Shown piece after piece: positions 17,250-25,856 of a stretch of 32,000 nucleotides of DNA. This DNA is from Candidatus Pelagibacter ubique HTCC1062. Lineage in GTDB: Bacteria > Pseudomonadota > Alphaproteobacteria > Pelagibacterales > Pelagibacteraceae. The notes under the pieces are model-generated. The model had not been told where the DNA came from and did not search any database. It saw nothing but the letters and a program-made list of their open reading frames with translations. The stretch covers positions 180,001 through 212,000 of the forward strand of contig NC_007205.1 in the NCBI RefSeq assembly GCF_000012345.1, written 5' to 3'. Within the stretch, counting starts at the first letter, position 1, and each line of letters begins with the position of its first letter. A program made the translations under genes and the position numbers.

Positions 17250-18489
17250 TTATATAGTCAGCTTGGTCTTTTGATAGTTTCGTAAGTTTGGCACCTACTT
17301 TTTTTAAGTGAAGCATTGCCACTTTCTCATCTAATGATTTTGGTAATACATAAACTTTATTTTCATAATTTTTATGATTATGCCAAAGTTCAATTTGTGC
17401 CATTACTTGATTAGTAAATGATGCACTCATTACAAAACTTGGATGCCCTGTTGCACAACCTAAATTTACCAATCTACCTTTGGCTAAAAGAATAATTCTC
17501 TTTCCATCAACTAATTCTATTTCATCAACTTCTGGTTTTACTTCTGTCCATTTATAATTTTTTAAGGCTTCTACTTGAATCTCATTATCGAAGTGTCCAA
17601 TATTACAAAGGATTGCTCTATCTTTCATATTTCTCATATGATCTGCAGTAACAATATCTATATTACCTGTAGCAGTAACAACAATATCTGCCTTGCTTAT
17701 AGCTTCATCCATTAAAACTACTTCATAACCTTCCATTGCTGCTTGGAGTGCACAAATTGGATCCGCTTCTGTAACCATCACTCGAGCACCACTTTGTCTT
17801 AAAGATGCAGCACTACCTTTTCCAACATCCCCAAAGCCTGCTACAATTGCAACTTTACCAGACATCATTACATCTGTGGCTCTTCTAATTCCATCTACTA
17901 AACTTTCTCTGCAACCATATAGGTTATCAAATTTTGATTTTGTAACTGAGTCATTAACATTAATTGCTGGAATCATTAATGTTCCATCTTTTTCCATTTT
18001 GTTTAATGCTTTAATTCCAGTCGTTGTTTCTTCTGAAACACCTTTTACTTCCTTTAACAAATCTTTGTAATCACTGTGCATCATTGCAGTTAAATCACCA
18101 CCATCATCTAAGAGCATATTTGCTTTCCAGTCTTTTTTACCTTCTATTGTTTGTCTGATGCACCATACAGCTTCCTCTTCAGTTTCACCTTTCCAAGCAA
18201 AAACTGGTATTCCTGCTTTAGCTATTGCTGCAGCAGCATGATCTTGTGTTGAAAAAATATTACAAGAAGACCATCTAACCTCTGCTCCAAGCTCTACTAA
18301 AGTTTCAATTAAAACTGCTGTTTGAATTGTCATATGAAGACATCCCAATATTCTTGCTCCTTTTAAGGGTGCTTTTCCTGAGTATTCTTCTCTTAATGCC
18401 ATTAGACCAGGCATTTCACTTTCAGCTATTGAAATTTCTTTTCTTCCAAAGTCTGCTAACGATATATCTTTGACTTTAAAATCATCCAT
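17203..18489 (-). CDS. ahcY: Adenosylhomocysteinase (S-adenosyl-L-homocysteine hydrolase)
   Basis: Contains [33 protein letters not shown], the NAD site GFGDVGKG, and HPSFVMS.SFTNQ. The C-terminus ends in KPD.YRY. Confidence 0.95.
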   Translation of the reverse strand: MDDFKVKDISLADFGRKEISIAESEMPGLMALREEYSGKAPLKGARILGCLHMTIQTAVLIETLVELGAEVRWSSCNIFSTQDHAAAAIAKAGIPVFAWKGETEEEAVWCIRQTIEGKKDWKANMLLDDGGDLTAMMHSDYKDLLKEVKGVSEETTTGIKALNKMEKDGTLMIPAINVNDSVTKSKFDNLYGCRESLVDGIRRATDVMMSGKVAIVAGFGDVGKGSAASLRQSGARVMVTEADPICALQAAMEGYEVVLMDEAISKADIVVTATGNIDIVTADHMRNMKDRAILCNIGHFDNEIQVEALKNYKWTEVKPEVDEIELVDGKRIILLAKGRLVNLGCATGHPSFVMSASFTNQVMAQIELWHNHKNYENKVYVLPKSLDEKVAMLHLKKVGAKLTKLSKDQADYISVETEGPFKPDAYRY

Positions 18490-18532
18490 TGCTCAGTTTT
18501 ATATAATAAAAATTTAATTAATCAACTTATGA

Positions 18533-20071
18533 TTAAACTTTAGGGAAGACAATCTCAACATTTGCACCTTCTTGCGTTACATTGTTTGAGGCATTAATGG
18601 TAGCACTATGGAGTTCAACAAGGTTTTTTACTATATTTAAGCCTAAACCAGAATGCTCTCCAAAGGTATCAGGTCTATTACTATAAAATCTATTAAATAT
18701 TTTTTTTGTATCTGTTTCCTTAAATCCTTTACCTTCATCAATAACTTTAAAAATAATTTTATCCTTATCTCCTTTGTAAATTTCAACTAAGATTTTTTTG
18801 TTATCATCACTAAATGAAATTGAATTATCTAATAAATTTGCAATAATTTGTTCAATTCTATTTTCTATTCCATTAATAAAATATTCTTCTTGATCATCTT
18901 GATCATTTAACATTATTTTAATTCCTCTTTTTGCTTCATAAATATTATTAAAATCATCTACTACAGATCTTGCAATTAATTTGAGATTAATTTTTTTCAT
19001 TTTTTCTTTACTTAATGCAACCTCATCTTTTAGTATTTGAGAATAATCAGTGATCAATCTTTCAATTCTTTGAACATCGTGATTGAGAATACTAATTAAT
19101 TTACTTCTTTGAGATTGATCATCAGTCTCGTTCAATATTTCTGAAGCACTTTTTAATGATGTTAAGGGGTTTCTTATCTCATGAACAAGATCAGTTGAAA
19201 AATTTTCTGCATGTGAAATTCTTTTTTGAAGTTCACTTGTCATATCATCTAAAGAATTTGACAAAGTTCCTAGCTCGTCATTTCTACTTTTAAGTTCATT
19301 AATATTTGTTTTTTTTTTGCTCTTTTCTTTTATAATTTTTGTATATGCTACTAAGTTCTTTATAGGTTTTAGAAAATATCTATTTAAAACAAAAGAGAAT
19401 ACAAATATTACTATAATTATAAATATTGCTGTTCTTAGAATAAATGTTTTTCTTTCATCAATAGCAGATTTTACATCATTAGCATTTTCTGAAATTGCTA
19501 GGTATCCAATATTAACTCCATTTAGTGTAATGTTTTTAACTGTTGTTAGTAAAAATTGATCATAGCCTTCCTGTATAAAAGTAAAGGGCTTTCCATAGTC
19601 TTTTGACCACGAATAATTTGTAAGAACATCTTTGAATGAAACGGTTTTTTCTTTATTTATGTTTTTTGTTTCAACAATTTTTTTGCTTTTTTCTTCGTCT
19701 AATATTTCTAGCTCAACTATATCTAGTCTACTAGAAAAGGATCTCGGGTCTAAATCTAGCGTATCAGTATCACCTACTAAATTAAATTGATTATCAAATA
19801 AGATAACTCTATCTAAGTTTTGAAATAAAAATCTTGTTGAAAATAAAAATTTTCTAATATCTTCTTCCTCAAATTTTATATTTAACCTTAAAATATGCTC
19901 AATTGTATTGTTAATTATTTGAATATGTTTGGAGGTTTTATTTTTTATTAAATTAGGTTTTGCATTGCTAATGTAAAGTGCTGTTAAAATTCCTATAATT
20001 AAAAAAATAACCAAATTAATGAATAAAAATTTTTTTAATATAGATAAACTTTTTAGAAAATTACTGAACAT
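18533..20071 (-). CDS. chvG: Sensor histidine kinase, ChvG/ExoS/BvrS-like
   Basis: It has two TM segments flanking a periplasmic domain of about 180 aa, then a HAMP region. The HisKA H-box is FSTDLVHEIRNPLTSL, and the HATPase domain shows the DEGKGF and GLGLNIV boxes. Its start overlaps the stop of the chvI-like gene by 1 nt. Confidence 0.75.
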   Translation of the reverse strand: MFSNFLKSLSILKKFLFINLVIFLIIGILTALYISNAKPNLIKNKTSKHIQIINNTIEHILRLNIKFEEEDIRKFLFSTRFLFQNLDRVILFDNQFNLVGDTDTLDLDPRSFSSRLDIVELEILDEEKSKKIVETKNINKEKTVSFKDVLTNYSWSKDYGKPFTFIQEGYDQFLLTTVKNITLNGVNIGYLAISENANDVKSAIDERKTFILRTAIFIIIVIFVFSFVLNRYFLKPIKNLVAYTKIIKEKSKKKTNINELKSRNDELGTLSNSLDDMTSELQKRISHAENFSTDLVHEIRNPLTSLKSASEILNETDDQSQRSKLISILNHDVQRIERLITDYSQILKDEVALSKEKMKKINLKLIARSVVDDFNNIYEAKRGIKIMLNDQDDQEEYFINGIENRIEQIIANLLDNSISFSDDNKKILVEIYKGDKDKIIFKVIDEGKGFKETDTKKIFNRFYSNRPDTFGEHSGLGLNIVKNLVELHSATINASNNVTQEGANVEIVFPKV

Positions 20072-20778
20072 TAACTAACGTTCCATCTGTATCCACTGCC
20101 ATATCTTGTTTCTATAGCTGTAAAATCAGGATCAACTTTTTTAAATTTTTTTCTAATTCTTTTAACATGACTATCAATAGTTCTATCTTCAATATCAGTA
20201 TCTTCTCGATAAGCAATGTCCATAAGCTGAGCTCTTTCTTTTATTATTCCTGGTCTCTTTGCTAATTCTTTAACTATTAAAAATTCTGTAGTAGTTAGTT
20301 TATCTGGTAGTTGCTTGTTATCCCATTCACATTCAAGTTGTGAAGGGTCAAGTTTTAGCTTCCCATGCGAAATAATATTTTTTGTGTCTTCAAGATTGTT
20401 GTTAATATCTTTTTTTCTAAGTTGAACCCTTATTCTTTCTATTAAAACTTTAATGGAAAAACCTCCTGACTTTTTTATAAAATCATCTGCACCCAATTTT
20501 AAGCCTAATAATTCATCTATTTCATCATCTTTTGAAGTTAAAAAAATTACAGGCAAGGAAGTTTTTTTTCTTAACTTTTTTAAAAGCTCTTCACCATCCA
20601 TTTTTGGCATCTTTATATCTATAACAGCAAGGTCTGGTGGATTTCTAGTTAACCCAATTAAAGCACTTTCTCCATCAATATAAGTTTGAACTTTAAAGCC
20701 TTCTTTTTCAAGAGCTATACTTATACTTGTGAGTATATTTCTATCATCATCAATAAGAGCTATTGTTTGAGTTTGCAT
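20071..20778 (-). CDS. chvI: OmpR-family response regulator, ChvI/BvrR-like
   Basis: The receiver domain is nearly collinear with rhizobial ChvI as I recall it (IALIDDDRNILTSISIALE..G..V.TY.DG.SAL.....PPDLA..DIKMP.MDG.ELL..LR.K..LPVIFLTSKD.EIDE..GLK.GADDF). A C-terminal winged helix ends RYG.GYRW. Confidence 0.85.
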   Translation of the reverse strand: MQTQTIALIDDDRNILTSISIALEKEGFKVQTYIDGESALIGLTRNPPDLAVIDIKMPKMDGEELLKKLRKKTSLPVIFLTSKDDEIDELLGLKLGADDFIKKSGGFSIKVLIERIRVQLRKKDINNNLEDTKNIISHGKLKLDPSQLECEWDNKQLPDKLTTTEFLIVKELAKRPGIIKERAQLMDIAYREDTDIEDRTIDSHVKRIRKKFKKVDPDFTAIETRYGSGYRWNVS

Positions 20779-20788
20779 ATTCTACTTT

Positions 20789-20814
20789 AAAAATACTAAA
20801 TTGTTCTAATTTAG
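20789..20814 (-). terminator. Weak AT-rich hairpin after polA (possible terminator)
   Basis: On the minus strand: CTAAATT-AGAAC-AATTTAG followed by TATTTTT. The stem has only A/T pairs apart from its ends, so the call is speculative. Confidence 0.3.
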
Positions 20815-20828
20815 GCAATGGAGATAAA

Positions 20829-23603
20829 TTAATGAAGTATTCCCCAATTGTCCCCTGTATTCACGTCTACCGTCAATGGTGTTGAAAAAGTGTGTAAATC
20901 ACTTTCTGTAACACTCGTCATTTCATCCTTGATTATTTCAGTTATATTTTTGACTTCTTTTACTGGAACCTCAAAAATTAATTCATCATGAATTTGTAAT
21001 AATATTTTTGATTTATTATTTTTAATGCTTTCAAATTTTTTATTAAGTCTAATCATTGCAAGTCGCATGATTTCTGATGCTGATCCTTGAATAGGAGCAT
21101 TAATAGCTGCTCTTTCTTGAAAATTTCTCACATTGAAATTTTTATCATTAATTCCATTAAAGTGAGATCTTCGACCAAAAATATTGGTTACATATCCACT
21201 TTTTCTGCAAAACTTAATTGTATTATCCATATAAATTTTTATTTCGGGAAATTTTAAGAAATAGGCATTTAAAAATTCATCTGCTTCATGATTTGAAACG
21301 TTGATTTGTTTTGCAAGTCCATATTGTGAAATACCATAAATTATTCCAAAATTAATAGCCTTAGCCTTCCTTCTCATGTCTTGGTCTACTTTTTTAATAT
21401 CAACATTAAATACCTGGCTTGCTGTAAGAGAGTGAATATCTTCATTGTTACTAAACGCTTTTTTCAGCTCTTTAACCTCTGCCAAATCAGCTAAAATTCT
21501 CATTTCAATCTGATTATAATCTGCAGATATTAATGTGAAGCCCTTTTCTGCTATAAAAGCTTTTCTTATATCTTTACCATCCTCTGATTTAATAGGAATA
21601 TTTTGTAGGTTTGGATCACTGGATGCCAATCTTCCTGTTGTTGTTGCTGCCAATAAAAATGATGTGTGAACTCGTTTAGTATTTGGATTAATGTGTTCAG
21701 GTAAAGCATCTGAGTAAGTGTTTTTAAGCTTGGACACTTGTCTCCAATCTAGAATTAATTTTGGAAATTCATGTCCTTTAAACGCTAAGTCTTCTAACAC
21801 ACTTGCATTTGTGGCAAAACTACCTTTTCTAGTTTTTTTAAGTACAGCAATTTTCAAATCATTATAAATAATTTCACCTAATTGTTTTGGTGATGCAATA
21901 TTAAATTCTTTTTTTGAAATTTTAAAAACTTCTTTTTCTAGTTTACTTATTTTTTTTTCAAATTTTTCAGACAAAACCTTTAAAAATTTATTATCAATTT
22001 TAATTCCTTCAATTTCCATAAATGCTAGTATCTTAATTAAAGGTTTTTCAAAGATTTCATAAATATTAGTTAATTTCTCTAATTTTAAATTTTTACTAAA
22101 TATTTTGTATAATCTGTAAGTAATATCAGCATCTTCAGCAGCATACTCCATTGCCTTATCTAGCTCTACATCACTAAAGTTTATTTCCTTTTTACCTGTA
22201 CCAACAATTTCTTTAAATGAAATTGTTTTATGCTGTAGATGAATCTCAGACAAGGTATCCATATTATGTCTATTTTTTCCAGCATCTAATACATAAGACA
22301 TCAGCATTGTATCCTCCATTGAATTCATATTTATTCCCTGTTTATACAAGACAATAAAATCAAACTTAATATTTTGACCAATTTTTTTTACACTCTTGTC
22401 TTCTAAAAGTGGTTTGAGTTTTTTAATTACAGTTTCTTTTTTTAAACATCCTTTAAACTTATGACCAATTGGAATATAACAAGCCTGGCCAATTTTAGTG
22501 CTTAATGAAATTCCCACTAAATCAGTCTGATGTGCATCTAAAGAACTAGTTTCTGTATCAATTGCTAGCTCTCCAGCTTCTTCTGCTTCGTTAATCCACT
22601 CATCTATTTCTTTTTCATTAGTAATTAGATGATAATTTTTTTTACTTATATTTTGATGTTTTTTTTCAGGCTTTGTCTCTTTTGCTGTCTCTTCTAACAG
22701 TGGTTCTCCGTATGCAGAAATGACAGAACTAAGAAGTCTATTAAACTCCATTTCTCTTAAAAATTTATATAGTTTATTTTTATCAATCTTCTTTAGATGA
22801 AATTCCTCTAACTTTCTTTCAACAGGAGCATCCTTCATTAGTGTCACTAATTTTTTGCTAATTATCGCTTTATCTTTGTTCTCTATAAGTGTTTCTCTTC
22901 GTTTATTTTGTTTTATTTCTTGAGCGTTATCTAATAATTTTTCTAGAGTTCCATACTTATTAATCAGTTCTGCTGCAGTTTTTACACCTATCCCAGGTAC
23001 TCCCGGAACATTATCACTACTGTCTCCAGCTAAGGATTGAACATCAATAACTTTTTCTGGGCCCACTCCAAATTTAGTTACTATATCTTCAGGTGTTATA
23101 AATTTATTTTTCATAGGATCGAATATACGAACGTCTTTTCTATACAATTGCATTAAGTCTTTATCTGAAGAGACTATTGTCACCTTTGCACCCTTTGCTA
23201 AAATTTGTTCTACATAAGTGGCTATTAAATCATCTGCTTCATAATTTGGAAGATCTACAGATGGTAAATTAAAAGCAACTACTGACTTTCTTATGTATTC
23301 AAACTGTGGTGCTAAATCATCTGGGGCTTCTGATCTATTAGCTTTATAGTCTGAATAAATTTCATTTCTAAAAGTTTTTCTAGCAGCATCAAATATTACA
23401 GCAAAGTGTGTTGGTTTTTGAAGATTTTCATTTGATTTTGAATCCTCTAATAGTTTAAATAGCATACTGCAAAATCCACTAACTGCACCTACTGGAAGAC
23501 CGTCACTTTTTCTAGTTAGGGGTGGTAATGCATAATAAGCTCTAAAAATGTAACCTGAACCATCTATTAAATAAAAATGATCTGTTTTTTTTATTTTATC
23601 CAT
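20829..23603 (-). CDS. polA: DNA polymerase I
   Basis: A 924-aa protein with the N-terminal 5'-nuclease (LIDGSGYIFRAYYA, GDSSDNVPGVPGIG). The 3'-5' exo region has AIDTETSSLD. The polymerase motifs are A (ISADYNQIEMRILA), B (RRKAKAINFGIIYG) and C (LQIHDELIFE). Confidence 0.95.
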   Translation of the reverse strand: MDKIKKTDHFYLIDGSGYIFRAYYALPPLTRKSDGLPVGAVSGFCSMLFKLLEDSKSNENLQKPTHFAVIFDAARKTFRNEIYSDYKANRSEAPDDLAPQFEYIRKSVVAFNLPSVDLPNYEADDLIATYVEQILAKGAKVTIVSSDKDLMQLYRKDVRIFDPMKNKFITPEDIVTKFGVGPEKVIDVQSLAGDSSDNVPGVPGIGVKTAAELINKYGTLEKLLDNAQEIKQNKRRETLIENKDKAIISKKLVTLMKDAPVERKLEEFHLKKIDKNKLYKFLREMEFNRLLSSVISAYGEPLLEETAKETKPEKKHQNISKKNYHLITNEKEIDEWINEAEEAGELAIDTETSSLDAHQTDLVGISLSTKIGQACYIPIGHKFKGCLKKETVIKKLKPLLEDKSVKKIGQNIKFDFIVLYKQGINMNSMEDTMLMSYVLDAGKNRHNMDTLSEIHLQHKTISFKEIVGTGKKEINFSDVELDKAMEYAAEDADITYRLYKIFSKNLKLEKLTNIYEIFEKPLIKILAFMEIEGIKIDNKFLKVLSEKFEKKISKLEKEVFKISKKEFNIASPKQLGEIIYNDLKIAVLKKTRKGSFATNASVLEDLAFKGHEFPKLILDWRQVSKLKNTYSDALPEHINPNTKRVHTSFLLAATTTGRLASSDPNLQNIPIKSEDGKDIRKAFIAEKGFTLISADYNQIEMRILADLAEVKELKKAFSNNEDIHSLTASQVFNVDIKKVDQDMRRKAKAINFGIIYGISQYGLAKQINVSNHEADEFLNAYFLKFPEIKIYMDNTIKFCRKSGYVTNIFGRRSHFNGINDKNFNVRNFQERAAINAPIQGSASEIMRLAMIRLNKKFESIKNNKSKILLQIHDELIFEVPVKEVKNITEIIKDEMTSVTESDLHTFSTPLTVDVNTGDNWGILH

Positions 23604-23653
23604 TAAATAATATTATCTTAAATATTTTAAATACTATAAATGTATTACCACGC

Positions 23654-24583
23654 ATGGAGCAAAAAAATATACTTTCTGTTAAAAATTTAAAAAAAATTTA
23701 TTCAAACAAACAAGCTGGGGACAACCTTGCATTAAACGATTTAAACTTAGACGTGAAAGAGGGAGAAATTTTTGGCCTTCTTGGTCCTAATGGTGCTGGG
23801 AAAACAACATTTATAAATATTTTAGCTGGAACAGTGGTTAAAACAGCAGGACGAGTAAGTGTCTGGGGTTTTGACTTAGATAAAAACCCAAGACAAGTTA
23901 GAGCTTCAGTTGGAATAGTTCCTCAAGAAGTAAATCTTGATCCATTTTTTAGCCCAAGAAAATTATTAGAATTACAGGCTGGTCTTTATGGAATTAAAGA
24001 AAAAGATAGAATTACAGATACAATTCTAAAATTAGTGTCCTTAGAAAAACAAGCTAACAGCTATGCTAGAAGTTTATCTGGTGGAATGAAAAGAAGATTG
24101 TTAATGGCTAAAGCTTTAGTTCATCAGCCACCAATAGTTATTCTAGATGAACCTACTGCTGGTGTTGATGTGGAGTTAAGACAAAATTTATGGAAAAATG
24201 TAAAATTATTAAATGAACTTGGTGTAACAATCATTTTAACAACTCATTACCTCGAGGAGGCTGAGGAAATGTGTGGAAGAATAGCTATATTAAATAAAGG
24301 AAATATTGTTGCCCTAGACAGCACTAAGAATTTATTAGATAGAATTCAAACCAAAAAAGTAACCTTTAAAACTGATATAAAGATAAATATTAACGATGAT
24401 GATCTAGAATCTTTAAAAATAGTTTCACACTTAGATAATGAAGTTTGTGTTTCTTATGAAAAAAATAAAATTAATATAGAAGAATTAATTAATTTAATTA
24501 AGAAAAATAACGTCAAAATTATAGATATTTCAACTGACGACGGTGATTTAGAGGATGTTTTTTTAAGATTAATAAAAAACTAG
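23654..24583 (+). CDS. ABC transporter ATP-binding protein (ABC-2/DrrA-like type with C-terminal extension)
   Basis: Walker A GPNGAGKTT, signature LSGGMKRR, Walker B VILDEPTAGVD, and H-loop TTHYLEEAE. There is an extra C-terminal domain of about 85 aa. No cognate permease gene is adjacent. Confidence 0.85.
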   Translation: MEQKNILSVKNLKKIYSNKQAGDNLALNDLNLDVKEGEIFGLLGPNGAGKTTFINILAGTVVKTAGRVSVWGFDLDKNPRQVRASVGIVPQEVNLDPFFSPRKLLELQAGLYGIKEKDRITDTILKLVSLEKQANSYARSLSGGMKRRLLMAKALVHQPPIVILDEPTAGVDVELRQNLWKNVKLLNELGVTIILTTHYLEEAEEMCGRIAILNKGNIVALDSTKNLLDRIQTKKVTFKTDIKININDDDLESLKIVSHLDNEVCVSYEKNKINIEELINLIKKNNVKIIDISTDDGDLEDVFLRLIKN

Positions 24584-24609
24584 ATTATCACATTAATAAA
24601 TAGTAATTT

Positions 24610-25167
24610 GTGGATATGGATCTATTAAAAACAAACACAATTCAAAAAGTATTAAAAACATTTATTCTAATTTTTATAGGAACAATGGCTTTAACTGTTT
24701 CAGCTAAATTAAAAATACCATTTTATCCTGTGCCTATGACAATGCAAACATTTGTAGTTCTTTTTTTAGGAATTGCTTTCGGGTATAAAATTGGCCTGGC
24801 ATCTGTAGCTGTTTATCTTCTGGAGGGTATTCTAGGTATGCCTGTATTTTCTAACTCACCAGAAAAAGGTATTGGAATAGTTTATTTTACTGGTCCAACA
24901 ATGGGATATTTAATTGGATTTTTATTTGCTTCTTTTTTTGCAGGCTATTTAAATCTTAATAAAAATATTTTTATAATTTTTGGAAAATTAATATTTTCTG
25001 TTTCTGTAATCTATGTATTTGGAGCTATTTGGTTGGGAACTTTAATTGGATGGGATAAACCAATTCTTCAATTAGGAGTGACACCATTTTTATTAGCTGA
25101 ATTATTTAAAATTTGCTTATTAGCTATATTGGCTAAACAAATTATCAAATTTAGAAAATTTATCTAG
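24610..25167 (+). CDS. bioY: Biotin transporter BioY (ECF S-component family)
   Basis: Contains PFYPVPMTMQTFVVLFLGIAFG, YLLEGILGMPVFS and GPTMGYLIGF. It has 6 TM helices. The start is either GTG 24610 or ATG 24616. Confidence 0.85.
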   Translation: MDMDLLKTNTIQKVLKTFILIFIGTMALTVSAKLKIPFYPVPMTMQTFVVLFLGIAFGYKIGLASVAVYLLEGILGMPVFSNSPEKGIGIVYFTGPTMGYLIGFLFASFFAGYLNLNKNIFIIFGKLIFSVSVIYVFGAIWLGTLIGWDKPILQLGVTPFLLAELFKICLLAILAKQIIKFRKFI

Positions 25168-25723
25168 GAGATCTTTTAGATAAAATTCTTTGTAACGTTC
25201 TTCTGTGCATTTTAAGTCTTCTAGCAGTCTCAGATACATTTCTATTGCATAATTCAAAAACTCTATGAATATGTTCCCACTTAACTCTATCAGCTGACAT
25301 AGGGTTTTCTGGTGGTTCAGCTTTTTTCTCTGGATCGGCTAGTAATGCTTTCTCAACATCATCTGCGTCTGCTGGCTTTGCTAAGTAATCAATTGCGCCT
25401 TCTTTAATCGCAGCAACAGCCGTTGGAATATTTCCATATCCTGTTAACATTATAATTCTACTGCTTGGATTAGAAATTTGAATTTGCTTTACTACTTCAA
25501 GTCCATTTCCATCAGCTAGTCTTAAGTCGACAACTGCAAAAGCTGGTTTTTTCTCTTTAACAGACAGTATCCCTTTTTGTACACCCTCAGCTTGAAAAAC
25601 CTCAAATCCCTTTTTTTCCATTGCTCTTGCAAGCCTGTCTCTAAAGGGATTGTCATCATCAACAATTAATAAGGATTTATTATCAAAATCACTTAATTTT
25701 TTTAAATTAGCTGCTTCAACCAT
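25160..25723 (-). CDS. regA: Redox-responsive response regulator RegA/ActR/PrrA family
   Basis: A receiver domain (LIVDDD...VVDLRL.DG.GL) is followed by the highly conserved RegA-type C-terminal HTH, NVSETARRLKMHRRTLQRILSKRSPR. No cognate RegB-like kinase is adjacent. Confidence 0.85.
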   Translation of the reverse strand: MVEAANLKKLSDFDNKSLLIVDDDNPFRDRLARAMEKKGFEVFQAEGVQKGILSVKEKKPAFAVVDLRLADGNGLEVVKQIQISNPSSRIIMLTGYGNIPTAVAAIKEGAIDYLAKPADADDVEKALLADPEKKAEPPENPMSADRVKWEHIHRVFELCNRNVSETARRLKMHRRTLQRILSKRSPR

Positions 25724-25856
25724 ATTATTAATATGGTGCCTTATCTGATAATTTCAACACCCATTATTTGCTTTACATTAATTAAGTATTGCCTTAATTG
25801 CATGATTTATATGAAAGTTTTTAAGTATTTAAGAACTTTTTTTTATTAAATTTTTT

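Noticed and set aside
18490-18532. SAH or SAM riboswitch upstream of ahcY
   Set aside because: The whole gap to chvG is 43 nt and almost pure A/T, which is too short and too unstructured for an SAH riboswitch. A TTGATT-N16-TATAAA promoter-like string exists on the minus strand but is not distinguishable from background.
261-19318. Long homopolymers inside genes (A9 at 261-269 in the GT9 gene; T10 at 884-893, 16671-16680 and 19309-19318) as phase-variation switches
   Set aside because: They encode Lys runs (KKK) in Lys-rich proteins and are scattered across housekeeping genes. This is expected from compositional bias. All reading frames are intact, and there is nothing specific to surface-structure genes.
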